DNA of 35,506 nucleotides from an uncultured Clostridia bacterium (lineage in GTDB: Bacteria; Bacillota; Clostridia; Christensenellales; UBA1750). The notes under the pieces are model-generated. The model ran no database searches. It worked only from the letters and a program-made list of their open reading frames with translations, and had not been told where the DNA came from. Positions 18,674-28,277 of the stretch are shown here, in pieces. Where the stretch lies: positions 1-35,506 of the forward strand of contig CALWKN010000046.1 in NCBI GenBank assembly GCA_944381265.1, in the 5' to 3' direction. Position 1 is the stretch's first letter, and each line of letters opens with the position of its first letter. The position numbers were made by a program, and so were the translations under genes.

Positions 18674-18693
18674 AACCCATCTCTTCTGATCAT

Positions 18694-18725
18694 GCCGCGC
18701 CGTGATTTACGGCGCGGCGCTTTGT
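18694..18725 (+). terminator. Probable terminator after lonB
   Basis: GCCGCGCCGT/ACGGCGCGGC stem followed by GCTTTGT. Confidence 0.55.
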
Positions 18726-18763
18726 CATGCCCGGCGCGCATGGCGCCCCTTCGCAATTCGCAT

Positions 18764-18792
18764 TTGCGCTTTGCCGCATAAGGCGCTATACT
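18764..18792 (+). promoter_or_regulatory. Promoter for the DUF3737 gene
   Basis: TTGCGC-17 nt-TATACT. Confidence 0.55.
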
Positions 18793-18859
18793 ATAGAGAA
18801 AGAGCGTCGCCCGCCGCCTTTTTGCCGGGCAGAGCACAGACTTTTAGGGGGAAAAACGA

Positions 18860-19699
18860 ATGCAGATCATCGAAAACCAGACCTTTGACCAGGAGCGCGC
18901 CCTCTACGGCTCGCGCGACCTGCTCGTGCGCCGCTGCGCCTTCGACGGCCCCGCCGACGGCGAAAGCGCCTTGAAGGAGAGCCGCAACATCGAGGTGGAG
19001 GACAGCTTCTTCAACCTGCGCTACCCCTTTTGGCACGACCACAACCTCGTTTTGCGCGATGTGGAGATGACCGAGCTCTGCCGCGCCGCCCTCTGGTACT
19101 CGCAGGGCGTGCGCGTCGAGCGCGGCAGGCTGCACGGCATCAAGGCCCTGCGCGAGTGCGCCGACGTGCGCCTGCAGGACTGCGACATCGTCTCGCCCGA
19201 GTTCGGCTGGTCGGTGCGCAATTTGGAGATGCGCGCCTGCTCCGTGACCGGCGAGTACGCCTTCCTGCGCGCGCGCGACCTGCGCTTTGAGAAGCTGCGC
19301 CTGCAGGGCAAGTACTCCTTCCAGTACATCGAGCACGCGGTGTTTGAGGACTGCGAGCTGGACACAAAGGACGCCTTCTGGCACGCCAAAAACGTCCTGG
19401 TGCGCAACTGCACGATCCGCGGCGAGTACCTCGCCTGGTACTGCGAGAACGTCACCTTTGAGAACTGCCGCCTTAGCGGCACCCAGCCGCTGTGCTACTG
19501 CAAGGGCCTGCGCCTGATCGACTGCGAGATGCTGGACGCCGACTTGTCCTTTGAGAAGAGCGAGGTGGACGCCGACCTCACCGCCCCCATCCGCAGCATC
19601 AAGAACCCGGCCTCCGGCTGCATCCGCGTGCCCGCCGTGGGCGAGATCCTGCGCGACGACGAAGCCTCCCGCGCCGAGATCCTCGTGCGCGGCGCCTGA
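18860..19699 (+). CDS. DUF3737 family beta-helix protein
   Basis: ERALY, DGESALKE, RYPFWH, CRAALWY, GKYSFQY, TKDAFWH, GEYLAWY, GTQPLCY, SIKNPASG. Confidence 0.88.
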   Translation: MQIIENQTFDQERALYGSRDLLVRRCAFDGPADGESALKESRNIEVEDSFFNLRYPFWHDHNLVLRDVEMTELCRAALWYSQGVRVERGRLHGIKALRECADVRLQDCDIVSPEFGWSVRNLEMRACSVTGEYAFLRARDLRFEKLRLQGKYSFQYIEHAVFEDCELDTKDAFWHAKNVLVRNCTIRGEYLAWYCENVTFENCRLSGTQPLCYCKGLRLIDCEMLDADLSFEKSEVDADLTAPIRSIKNPASGCIRVPAVGEILRDDEASRAEILVRGA

Positions 19700-19700
19700 A

Positions 19701-19856
19701 ACGAAAACCCGACCCCGGTCGCTTTCCGCCGCAGACCCCGGTCATGCGACCGGGGTCGCTTTTTCCCTCCGTGCCCGCGTTCCCGACCGCAGTCTTTTTT
19801 CACCCTCCTCTCGGAATTTCCCGGAAAATACAAAGAACCGACCCCGGTCTTTCCTT
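19701..19856. repeat. Four copies of GACCCCGGTC (three direct, one inverted), including a terminator-like stem
   Basis: Copies at 19711-19720, 19734-19743, 19748-19757 (inverted) and 19840-19849; 19710-19722 pairs perfectly with 19746-19758, followed by CTTTTT. Confidence 0.75.
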
Positions 19857-19857
19857 C

Positions 19858-20826
19858 TCAGAACTCGTCCGCAGCTTCTTTCGCCCGGCGCAGAGCGCGC
19901 AGTCCGCGCGCCATCATCCATACGCCGAAGGTCGTCGTCGTGAGCGTCACCGCCCCGCCCAGCCAGGCGTTCTGCCGCATACGGAAGTCGGGCGTCCCGC
20001 CGAACTGCTCCAGCATGGCTGCTTGCAGCGTCAGCAAAGAGAACAGCGCCGCCACCAGATTTACCCCTCGCACGGCCTGTTCTTCCAGCCCCGCCCCGCG
20101 CCGGAACCTGCGCACAGCCGCCGCGATCACGCTGTAGAATGTGAACGCTGCCGAGGCGTAGATCAGATGTCCCGGATAGGTCTGCGCCGCATTTTTGCGC
20201 ACCACCTGCACGATCACGCCCAACATCGCAAGATTCAGCAGCAGCAGACAAGCCCCGGTCAGCGCGTGCCGCCGCGCTGCCTGTCGGGCCGAGCCCTCGC
20301 GCCGGCCCGCCGTCATTAGGAAAGCGCGAAGCCCTGCCAGCGCCAAGAAGTACGCCGCCGAGGCGCCGAACCAGGCCGAGCCGTACAGAAGCCCCAATGC
20401 CCCGCGGTAGAGCGCATAGCCGAAGCTCACCGCTGTGCCAAGCGCCAGCGAAGCACGCTCCCGCCGCCGCGCGTCGCCGAGCAGCGCGCAAAACGGCGCG
20501 GTCTGCGCCAAGCAGTCCACCAGCCGCCGCATGCGCCGTACCGCCGCCAGCACCAGGACCAGCAGCGCATAGGCGGAGAGAGGATAGATCGTGTAAGCTA
20601 GCGCCGTACCCTCCAGTCCAAGACCGAATACCAGCATCAGCCCTAGTGCAGCGCCCGCCGCCAGCCCCGCCGTCCATTTCGCACCGGGCCGCAGCAATTG
20701 CCGCCCTAATGCTGCTGCCCTCCCGAGCAATGCTGTAAACCGACCATGGTCTTTGAGGGGGCTGTGCCGTTCTTTCTGACGACACATAGAAAAGATCTCG
20801 GTCGGTTTCTTTGCCGTGTTCTTCAT
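19858..20826 (-). CDS. Conserved hypothetical multi-pass membrane protein
   Basis: About 7-8 hydrophobic segments; YPGHLIYASAAFTFY and LQAAMLEQFG; ATG overlaps the upstream stop (ATGA); start uncertain. Confidence 0.72.
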   Translation of the reverse strand: MKNTAKKPTEIFSMCRQKERHSPLKDHGRFTALLGRAAALGRQLLRPGAKWTAGLAAGAALGLMLVFGLGLEGTALAYTIYPLSAYALLVLVLAAVRRMRRLVDCLAQTAPFCALLGDARRRERASLALGTAVSFGYALYRGALGLLYGSAWFGASAAYFLALAGLRAFLMTAGRREGSARQAARRHALTGACLLLLNLAMLGVIVQVVRKNAAQTYPGHLIYASAAFTFYSVIAAAVRRFRRGAGLEEQAVRGVNLVAALFSLLTLQAAMLEQFGGTPDFRMRQNAWLGGAVTLTTTTFGVWMMARGLRALRRAKEAADEF

Positions 20827-21854
20827 AGCGTGCGCAGCGCCAGGGCCACCGCCGTGGGCGACAGGCCGCTCTTTTCCGAGATGTAGGCCGACAGCCGCGC
20901 CCTGCGCACCTCGTCATCGGGCAGGCCGAGGTCCGCCAGCGCCGCCGGGCAGTGCAGCACCTCGCGCAGGAAGGCGGCGGCGCTGCGGCGGGTGTATCCG
21001 GCCACGGTCCCGGCCATCTCCATCTCCAGCAGCACGCCCACGCCCACGATCTCGCCGTGCAGCGCGCATCGCCGCTCCTCGGGGTAGAGGCGCGTCACGC
21101 CGTTGTAGAAGGCGTGCGCCAGCTCCGCGATGCGCCGCCCGCTGCCCGTAGCGCTGATCTGCGAGACCAGATACAGGTTGGCAAAGACGATCTCGCGCAT
21201 CTCCGCCTCGCCGCCCTCCAGCGCCCCGGCGGCGCAGGAGAAGTAGACGTCCATCAGGTGCAGGGCCTGGGCCATGGCGCTGCGCCAGCGCGGCTCGGGC
21301 GGGTTGTCGGGGTAGAGGCAGGCCGAGGCCGTCTCGCTGAGCTTGGCCATGCCGTCGGCGATCCCTGCGGCCAAGGTGCGCCTTGGCGCGGCAAAGAGGA
21401 TGTCCTCGTCGGCGTAGACGCCGTCCACCGGGCGCGGCAGCGCGTAGCCGCCGCTGCGCCGCCCCTTCGCGTCGTACAGCGCCGCAAGCGTCGTCGCCGC
21501 CGCCGAGGTCGCGGCGCTGGTCGGCGCCAGGTACAGCCGCCGCCCGGAGAGCGCCGCCGCCGCCTTGGCAAGGTCCAGCGCCTCGCCGCCGCCGGCGCCG
21601 ACGATGACCTGCGCGCCGCTTTCCACCGCCTTTGCCGCAAGAACACGCGCCTGCTCCCAGGTGCTCTTTCCGTCTTCCGGCCCCGCCGTCACAAGGCGCG
21701 CCCCCTGCGGGGCAAAGCGCGGCAGAAAGGCGGCAAGTCCCTTCTCGCCGCCCACGACCAGCACCTCCGTCACCCCGCGCAGGTCTTCCGCCAGGCGCAA
21801 AGCTGCGCCCTTTTCCTGCACATAGCGCGACGCGCCCTGCTGGATCTCGATCAC
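20823..21854 (-). CDS. Glycerol dehydrogenase / HcxA(YbdH)-like metal-dependent alcohol dehydrogenase
   Basis: IVGAGGGEALDLAK, PTSAAT, AGIADGMAK, AHAFYNG, LHGEIVG; GTG overlaps the ysxC stop; GAGGAGG RBS. Confidence 0.82.
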   Translation of the reverse strand: MIEIQQGASRYVQEKGAALRLAEDLRGVTEVLVVGGEKGLAAFLPRFAPQGARLVTAGPEDGKSTWEQARVLAAKAVESGAQVIVGAGGGEALDLAKAAAALSGRRLYLAPTSAATSAAATTLAALYDAKGRRSGGYALPRPVDGVYADEDILFAAPRRTLAAGIADGMAKLSETASACLYPDNPPEPRWRSAMAQALHLMDVYFSCAAGALEGGEAEMREIVFANLYLVSQISATGSGRRIAELAHAFYNGVTRLYPEERRCALHGEIVGVGVLLEMEMAGTVAGYTRRSAAAFLREVLHCPAALADLGLPDDEVRRARLSAYISEKSGLSPTAVALALRTL

Positions 21855-22441
21855 GCCTCGTCCTCCTCTCCAAGTATCACGCCGATGCGGTCGATCAGCT
21901 CCTCCCGCCCTTCGCGCGTTACGGAGGAGACGGGCTGCACCTCCCAGGGCTGCACGCCGAGCGTGCGGCAGAGCAGCAGCACCGCCTTCTGCCGCTGGGC
22001 GCGGGAGAGCTTGTCGCACTTTGTGGCCACCACCGTGCAGGGGATGCGGTTGTGCTGGAGAAAGGCCTGCATCTGCACGTCGTTTTCCCCCGGCTCATGG
22101 CGCATATCCACCAGGTGCAAAACGTGCGCAAGGCGCGTGGCCCCTTCAAAGTAGCTGTCCATCATCCGCCCCCAGTCCTCCTGCATGCCGCGGCTGACGC
22201 GCGCGTAGCCGTAGCCCGGCAGGTCCACCAGCAGGAAGCTGTCGTTGATGCGGTAGAGGTTGATCAGGCGCGTCTTGCCCGGCTCCGCCGAGACGCGCGC
22301 CAGCTTGTTCTGCCCGCACAGGCAGTTGATCAGGGACGACTTGCCCACGTTCGACTTGCCCACCACCGCGATCTGCGGGACCTCCGGCAGCTTCTGACCG
22401 CCGGTCAGCGACGTGAGGAACTCCGCCCGCTTTATGCGCAT
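21851..22441 (-). CDS. ysxC: Ribosome biogenesis GTPase YsxC/EngB (YihA)
   Basis: GKSNVGKSSLIN, PGKTRLIN, VDLPGYGYA, TKCDK, VSS; directly downstream of lon. Confidence 0.96.
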   Translation of the reverse strand: MRIKRAEFLTSLTGGQKLPEVPQIAVVGKSNVGKSSLINCLCGQNKLARVSAEPGKTRLINLYRINDSFLLVDLPGYGYARVSRGMQEDWGRMMDSYFEGATRLAHVLHLVDMRHEPGENDVQMQAFLQHNRIPCTVVATKCDKLSRAQRQKAVLLLCRTLGVQPWEVQPVSSVTREGREELIDRIGVILGEEDEA

Positions 22442-22452
22442 CGAACCCCTCC

Positions 22453-24801
22453 TCATTCTCCCGCCGCGCCCGGCAGGCGCGACGGGTCAAAGACGATGGA
22501 GAGCACCTCGGAGAGCGTGGCGACCGGCACAAACTCCAGCTTCTCCCGCACGCTCTCCGGCACCTCCGAAAAGTCCTCCTGGTTGTCCTTGGGGTAGAGC
22601 ACCGTGCGCGCCCCGGCCCGCAGCGCCGCCAGAGACTTCTCCTTCAGCCCCCCGATCGGCAGCACCCGCCCGCGCAGCGAGATCTCGCCCGTCATGGCGA
22701 TGTCCTGCGGCACCGGCCGGTGCGAGAGCGCCGAGCAGATGGCCGTGACCATGGTGACGCCCGCCGAAGGCCCGTCCTTGGGCGTGGCGCCCATGGGCAC
22801 GTGCACGTGGATGTCCGTGTTCTTGTGGAAGTCCTCGTCGATGCCCAGCTCCCCCGCGTGCGCGCGGATGTAGGACACCGCCGCCTTGGCGCTCTCCTGC
22901 ATCACCTCGCCCAGCTTCCCGGTCAGCTGCACCGCGCCGCTGCCCTTCATGGCCGTGGCCTCGATGGTCAGGATCTCGCCGCCCACCGCCGTCCAGGCAA
23001 GGCCCGTGACGCACCCGACGAGCGCCACCGGCTCCACCTTCTCGTGCAGCGTGCGCGTCGGCCCGAGCAGTTCGTGCACGCGCTTTTCGTTGACGCGGAA
23101 GGACTTCTTGCCATCGATTTTGGCGATGGCCGCCTTGCGGCACAGCGCGCCCAGCGTCCGCTCCAGATTGCGCACGCCCGCTTCCGCCGTGTAGTCGTCG
23201 ATCACCGCGCGCAGCGCCGCGTCCTCCAGGCGCAGGAACGCCTTGGTCAGGCCGTTTTCCTTCAGCTGCTTGGGCAAAAGGTGGCGCTTTGCGATCTCGA
23301 ACTTCTCCTCCCGCGTGTAGCTGCTCAGTTCTATCACTTCCATGCGGTCCAATAGCGGCCGCGGCACCGTGTCCAGCGTGTTTGCCGTGACGATGAACAT
23401 CACCTGGCTTAGGTCAAAGGGGATGTCCAGATAGTGGTCGCGGAAGGTGCTGTTCTGCTCGGAGTCCAGCACCTCCAGCAGCGCCGCCGCCGGGTCGCCG
23501 CGCAGGTCGGAGGACATCTTGTCGATCTCGTCCAGCAGCAGCACCGGGTTCATCGTCCCCGCCTGCTTGATGGAGGTGATGATGCGCCCGGGGATGGCAC
23601 CCACATACGTCCTGCGGTGGCCGCGGATCTCCGCCTCGTCCCGCACGCCGCCCAGCGACATGCGCACAAACGACCGCCCCAGCGCCTCGGCGATGGAGTG
23701 GGCGATGGAGGTCTTGCCAACGCCCGGCGGCCCCACAAGGCAGAGGATCGTCCCTTTGAGCGACTTTGTCAGCGCGTGCACGGCAAGGTACTCCAATATC
23801 CGCTCCTTGACCTTCTCCAGCCCGTAGTGGTCGCGCGCCAGGATCCTGCGCGCCCGCTCCAGCGAGTAGTCGTCCTTTGTGTAGACGGCAAAGGGCAGGT
23901 CGGCGATTGTCTCAAGGTACGTGTGCAGCACCGGTATGTCCGGCGACCCCGGCGTCATCGTCGACAGCCGCGCAAGGTCCTTTTCCAGCTTCTCGCGCAC
24001 CGCCGGCTCAAAGTCGATCTTTTCCAGCCGCTCCCGCAGCTCCGTCACGTCCGTTAAGTCCGTGTCGCCCAGTTCCTTGCGGATCACCTTCATCTGCTCG
24101 CGCAGGAAGTACTCGCGCTGGTTCTTTTCCATCATCTGGCGCACCTTGGCCTCCAGCTCCGCCTGCAGCCCGGCCTGCTCGGTCTTTTGCGCCAGCAGCA
24201 CGCACAGCCTCTCGATGCGCGCCGCAAGGTCGGTAAGGTTTAAGATCTCCAGCTGCTCCTGCACGGTCTCGCACACGTGCGCCGCGACAAGGTCGCACAG
24301 CTTCTCCAGGTCGTCCTCCTTGGCAAGGTAGTCCGCCGCCTCCTTGGGCAGGCGGGGCGAGACCTCGGCAAAGGCGCGGAAGTAGTCCAGCAGCACCTCG
24401 CGCGAGGCGCACAGCAGCAGCTCCGGCTCGCCGCTCCTTGCGATGTCGCGCACCTCGGCCTGGCGCGCGCCCTGCACGCTTTGGATCGAGAGGAAGTGCG
24501 CGCGCCGCACGCCCTCCACCGTCACGCGCACAAGGCCGCTGGGCAGGCGCAGTATGCTCTTTACGCGCGCCACCGTGCCGATCTTGTTGAAGTCCTCGTA
24601 CGCCGGCGCGCCGTTGCCGTCCGCGCTGTGGAAGCCGAGGAACACCTCCCGCCCCTCGTCCATCGCGCGGGAAAAGGCGGAGACCTCCTCGCCCGCGTTT
24701 TCGTCGATCGTGGCGCTCATGTAGGGGAAGATGATGAGCTTGTGCAGCGCCACCAGGGGCATCAGCTGCACAAAGCCCTCGCTATAGGTCGTACTCTCCA
24801 T
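22453..24801 (-). CDS. lon: ATP-dependent protease La
   Basis: [65 protein letters not shown]. Confidence 0.97.
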   Translation of the reverse strand: MESTTYSEGFVQLMPLVALHKLIIFPYMSATIDENAGEEVSAFSRAMDEGREVFLGFHSADGNGAPAYEDFNKIGTVARVKSILRLPSGLVRVTVEGVRRAHFLSIQSVQGARQAEVRDIARSGEPELLLCASREVLLDYFRAFAEVSPRLPKEAADYLAKEDDLEKLCDLVAAHVCETVQEQLEILNLTDLAARIERLCVLLAQKTEQAGLQAELEAKVRQMMEKNQREYFLREQMKVIRKELGDTDLTDVTELRERLEKIDFEPAVREKLEKDLARLSTMTPGSPDIPVLHTYLETIADLPFAVYTKDDYSLERARRILARDHYGLEKVKERILEYLAVHALTKSLKGTILCLVGPPGVGKTSIAHSIAEALGRSFVRMSLGGVRDEAEIRGHRRTYVGAIPGRIITSIKQAGTMNPVLLLDEIDKMSSDLRGDPAAALLEVLDSEQNSTFRDHYLDIPFDLSQVMFIVTANTLDTVPRPLLDRMEVIELSSYTREEKFEIAKRHLLPKQLKENGLTKAFLRLEDAALRAVIDDYTAEAGVRNLERTLGALCRKAAIAKIDGKKSFRVNEKRVHELLGPTRTLHEKVEPVALVGCVTGLAWTAVGGEILTIEATAMKGSGAVQLTGKLGEVMQESAKAAVSYIRAHAGELGIDEDFHKNTDIHVHVPMGATPKDGPSAGVTMVTAICSALSHRPVPQDIAMTGEISLRGRVLPIGGLKEKSLAALRAGARTVLYPKDNQEDFSEVPESVREKLEFVPVATLSEVLSIVFDPSRLPGAAGE

Positions 24802-24830
24802 ATGTTTCCAATATCCCTCTGTCTGTATTT

Positions 24831-25565
24831 TTAGTTGCTAAAAATGCTCTGCACCTGGCGCAGCGATTCGTGCGTGCCTATGTCATAACAGGGCGCGTCC
24901 GTCACATAGGCATAGACCGGCTCCCGCTCGCTCAGCCACACGGCGAAGTTCCCCGGCGCGTCCGGGTTGTTGCCCTGGGAAAGGTACTCCGCAACGCGGC
25001 GCATGACGGGCGCGGGGTAGAGGTAGAGCGCAAAGACGCCGTTTGCGCTCGGCGGGTCCTTGGGCTTTTCGATGAGGCGCCGCACCCGCCCGTCCTCGTC
25101 CAGCACTGCCACGGCAAAGCGCCGGAGCGTCTCGACATCGTCCATGCGCTGGGCCAGCAGCAGCGGCTTCTTCCCCCGCGCAAGATACGCCCGGTAAAGG
25201 TCCGCAAAGTCGATCAGCAGCAGGTTGTCCCCCGCCATGACCAGGCAGTCGTCGTCGATCCCGCCGGCTTTAAGCGCAAAGGCGATGTCGCCTATGGCGC
25301 CAAGCCGCGCCCCTTCCTTGGTCGTGCCGTCGTTGTGGACGACGAGCGGCAGGTCTTTGTGCCCCGCGGCCCAGTCCCGGAACTGCGGGTAGAACTTGTC
25401 GTTGGAGACGACGTGGATCTCGTCCACCGCCGGGATCTGCGTGACGCCGCGCAGTATGCGGTCCAGCAGCGGCACGCCGCCCACCGGCAGCAGGGCCTTG
25501 GGCCGGTCCTTTGTCAGGGGATAGAGTCGCGTCGCGTAGCCCGCGACCAGCAGTATGGCTTTCAT
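24831..25565 (-). CDS. Sugar-phosphate nucleotidyltransferase family protein
   Basis: MKAILLVAGYATRLYPLTKDRPKALLPV, AGDN, IEKP, YDIGT; GGAGGT RBS. Confidence 0.9.
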   Translation of the reverse strand: MKAILLVAGYATRLYPLTKDRPKALLPVGGVPLLDRILRGVTQIPAVDEIHVVSNDKFYPQFRDWAAGHKDLPLVVHNDGTTKEGARLGAIGDIAFALKAGGIDDDCLVMAGDNLLLIDFADLYRAYLARGKKPLLLAQRMDDVETLRRFAVAVLDEDGRVRRLIEKPKDPPSANGVFALYLYPAPVMRRVAEYLSQGNNPDAPGNFAVWLSEREPVYAYVTDAPCYDIGTHESLRQVQSIFSN

Positions 25566-25659
25566 CTCCGACACACCTCCAGCGCTTCGCACTTTGTCCT
25601 TCATTATACCACACACAGCGCGCGCGCAACAACTCCCCGCGTTTCTTTTTTCGCCGCCC

Positions 25660-25688
25660 TTGCGCGGGCCGCGATTTTCCTCTATAAT
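25660..25688 (+). promoter_or_regulatory. Promoter for the gene at 25725
   Basis: TTGCGC-17 nt-TATAAT; a divergent TGGTATAAT lies at 25603-25611 on the - strand. Confidence 0.65.
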
Positions 25689-25724
25689 AAATAAAGGCAT
25701 TGCCGAAAGGAGGGAGACTGCCCC

Positions 25725-26201
25725 ATGCCAAGGCGACTGCGCCTGACCACGCTGCCGCACCGCGCCCGCCGCCTGCGCCGCCACGCCGTGCGCCATTTCC
25801 ACCGGACGGTGACGCTGTGCATACTCGGCGCGCTCCTGCTCGCCCTTGCCGTCTACGGCCTTGTGCAGCACCGCAACACCGAGGGCGCGGTGGACGTGGT
25901 GGTCGGCTCTTCCCTCATGGCCCGCCTGTCCCTGCCGGAGGCGGGGGAGAGCGTGCCCGTGCTCGAGGCGCTGAGCGACGTCTCCGTCCACCCGACCTCC
26001 CAGCAGACTTTGGTCTTTGCCACTTCCCAGGGCGAGATGCGCGTGACCGCGGAAGACGCCATCCCCCTGCGCTTTGCCGCAGACGACGGGGAGCTCGTGC
26101 TCCTTGGCGAAAGCGGCGCGCCCCTTTGCCGCGTGCGCAGCGTCTACCTGCCCACGGACGAAACCGCCCTGCTTCCCCTGGAGGAGAGCCCCGAACCGTA
26201 A
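25725..26201 (+). CDS. Hypothetical single-pass membrane protein
   Basis: AAGGAGG RBS; Arg-rich N-terminus, one TM segment (LCILGALLLALAVYGLV), acidic C-terminal domain; GC3 bias. Confidence 0.72.
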   Translation: MPRRLRLTTLPHRARRLRRHAVRHFHRTVTLCILGALLLALAVYGLVQHRNTEGAVDVVVGSSLMARLSLPEAGESVPVLEALSDVSVHPTSQQTLVFATSQGEMRVTAEDAIPLRFAADDGELVLLGESGAPLCRVRSVYLPTDETALLPLEESPEP

Positions 26202-26280
26202 AAAATTTTTTCGCGCGTGAAATCGCCCGTTCCGGATATGCTAAGAGCAAGCATCTGCATGGAAGGAAGGGTGATTTTTT

Positions 26281-26961
26281 ATGTCGCTGGGCCGTATACT
26301 GCTTCTTGCGGTCTCGGTGCTCGTGCTCTTTGGCGTCGGCCAGCGCGTGCTGGACAAGCTGCGCCTGACGGACCGCCAGGCGCTTTTCTTCATGGCGCTG
26401 ATCTTCTTCGGCGGTCTCGTCCCCTCGCTGCCCAAAGACGCCGCCGTGCGCGTGAACCTTGGCGGGGCGCTGGTGCCCGCGGCGCTGGACGTCTACCTCT
26501 TTGTCCGCGCCGGCACTTCCAGGGAGCGCCTGCGCGCCGCCGCTGCCGCCGTGCTCACGGGCCTTGCGGTGCTGCTGCTGGGCTGGTTCCTGCCCGACGA
26601 GCCGGAGACCATGCCCTTTGACGTCAACTACCTCTACGGCCCGGTGGCCGGCGTCTTCGCCTACGCCTTCGGCCGCAGCCGCATCAGCGCCTTCATCGCC
26701 GGGACAATGGGCGTGCTGCTTGCGGACACCGCGCAAGGGGTGATAAACTTCGTCCGGGGCCTGCCCCTGAACCTCAACCTCGGCGGCGCCGGGGCGCTGG
26801 ACGCCGTCGTCCTCTCCGGCCTTACCGCCGTGCTGCTGGGCGAAGCCTTCGGCACGATCCTTGAGCGCCTCTCCGGCCGGGAAAAGCGCCGCGCCGCCCT
26901 GGTCCACGGGCAGCAGACGCTCCTTCACGGCGAGGAGCAGAAAAGGGGGAAGGGCGAATGA
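26281..26961 (+). CDS. DUF1614-like membrane protein
   Basis: FGVGQRVLDKLRLTD, VNLGGALVP, AFGRSR, LGGAGALD; typical neighbour of spoIIP; GGATATGCTA (weakly sigma-F-like -10) at 26234-26243. Confidence 0.8.
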   Translation: MSLGRILLLAVSVLVLFGVGQRVLDKLRLTDRQALFFMALIFFGGLVPSLPKDAAVRVNLGGALVPAALDVYLFVRAGTSRERLRAAAAAVLTGLAVLLLGWFLPDEPETMPFDVNYLYGPVAGVFAYAFGRSRISAFIAGTMGVLLADTAQGVINFVRGLPLNLNLGGAGALDAVVLSGLTAVLLGEAFGTILERLSGREKRRAALVHGQQTLLHGEEQKRGKGE

Positions 26962-28118
26962 AGCGCAGACTCTTTGCCGCGGCCCTGTGCCTGCTTATGC
27001 TGCTGCGCCCGGAGAAGGCCCGCGCCGAGACGCACGACGAGATCTGGACGCTGCAGGACGATCTTGGTGAGAAGATCACCGCCATCGCCGCGCCCGTCAG
27101 CGAGGGCGACGAGTACATCGCCGGGGACAACGCCCTCTACCGCGTAACGGCAGTGGATGCCGCTGCCCGCACCGCCACGCTGCAGTACGTCGGCGAGGAA
27201 CCGGCCGTGGCCCAGGCCTTCTGGTCGTTTTCCCGCACCGCGCAGACGCGCAAGGTGGTGGGCCTGTACTGCACCCACTCCGACGAGTCCTACGAGGACG
27301 GCGACGGCACCTCCTCCACGGAGTCCGGCTGGGCCGGCATCCACGACGTGGCGGCGACCTTAAAGAGCTGGCTGGAGGACAAGGGCGTGGAGGTGCTCTT
27401 TGACACCAAGTCCTACCTGCCGCACGACGCCGGCGCCTACCGCCGCTCCCGCGCCGCCGCCGTGGAGCTGGCAAACCAGGGCCCGGCCGCGCTCTTTGAC
27501 GTCCATCGCGACGGCATACCGGACGAAATGGAGTATGAAACCGAGGTGGAAGGCGAGCCCGTCACCATGGTGCGCCTGCTCGTGGGCCGCTCCAACCCCA
27601 ACAGCCAGGAGAACCGCCAGTTCGCCGTGCAGCTGAAGTCGGTGGCCGACGAGTATTACCCCGGCCTTATCAAGGACATATTCATCGGCAAGGGCAACTA
27701 CAACCAGGAGCTGATGCCCGACTCCGTGCTGCTGGAGTTCGGCACGCATCTGAGCGACAAGGAGGAGGTGCTGGCCTCCACAAAGTACATGGCCGACGTC
27801 ATACACATCGCGGTCTTCGGCGGCGAGCCGGGCTATTCCAAGAAGGCCGAAGCGGAGGAGGCGGGGGAGAGCGCCGCGCCCGCCCTGCCTACTCCTGAGA
27901 CTACGCCGCAGCAGGGCGCGCCCCAGAGCGCCGAAACGGAAGAAAAACGCGGCGGCAGCGGCGTGTGGACGGCACTTGGCATCGTCGCCGGGCTGGCGCT
28001 GCTGGGCGGACTGGGCTTTGCCCTGCTCTCCGGCGGCCCCTCGGGGCTTGGCGAGCGCGTCCGCCGCTTTTCCTCCGAGGTCAGCGGCGGCCTCTTTGGC
28101 AAAAAGCCCAGGGACTAG
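26958..28118 (+). CDS. spoIIP: Stage II sporulation protein P family amidase/endopeptidase
   Basis: GDEYIAGDNALYRV, YCTHSDESY, HDAGAYRRSR, FDVHRDG, GNYNQEL..VLLEFG. Confidence 0.88.
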   Translation: MKRRLFAAALCLLMLLRPEKARAETHDEIWTLQDDLGEKITAIAAPVSEGDEYIAGDNALYRVTAVDAAARTATLQYVGEEPAVAQAFWSFSRTAQTRKVVGLYCTHSDESYEDGDGTSSTESGWAGIHDVAATLKSWLEDKGVEVLFDTKSYLPHDAGAYRRSRAAAVELANQGPAALFDVHRDGIPDEMEYETEVEGEPVTMVRLLVGRSNPNSQENRQFAVQLKSVADEYYPGLIKDIFIGKGNYNQELMPDSVLLEFGTHLSDKEEVLASTKYMADVIHIAVFGGEPGYSKKAEAEEAGESAAPALPTPETTPQQGAPQSAETEEKRGGSGVWTALGIVAGLALLGGLGFALLSGGPSGLGERVRRFSSEVSGGLFGKKPRD

Positions 28119-28151
28119 CCCTTCCGGGCAGGTCCCGCCGCCCCGGACTTT

Positions 28152-28188
28152 CGCTCCCCGCCGACTTTGGCGCGGGGGGCGTTTTTTT
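28152..28188 (+). terminator. Terminator after spoIIP
   Basis: CGCTCCCCGC/GCGGGGGGCG stem followed by T7. Confidence 0.8.
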
Positions 28189-28216
28189 GTCTGCCCGCCT
28201 TTGTGCGCGCGGGGAA

Positions 28217-28245
28217 TTGACAATCCGGCGAAATTGTCCCATAAT
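28217..28245 (+). promoter_or_regulatory. Sigma-A promoter for DUF512-der-plsY
   Basis: TTGACA-17 nt-CATAAT. Confidence 0.75.
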
Positions 28246-28277
28246 ATTTACTGGAATTTTGTGTGCAGGAGGACGAA

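Noticed and set aside
19701-19856. Mini-CRISPR array
   Set aside because: The repeat is only 10-13 nt, spacing is irregular, one copy is inverted and no cas genes are present
27884-27898. LPTPE in SpoIIP as a sortase signal
   Set aside because: Not LPxTG and about 20 residues away from the TM segment
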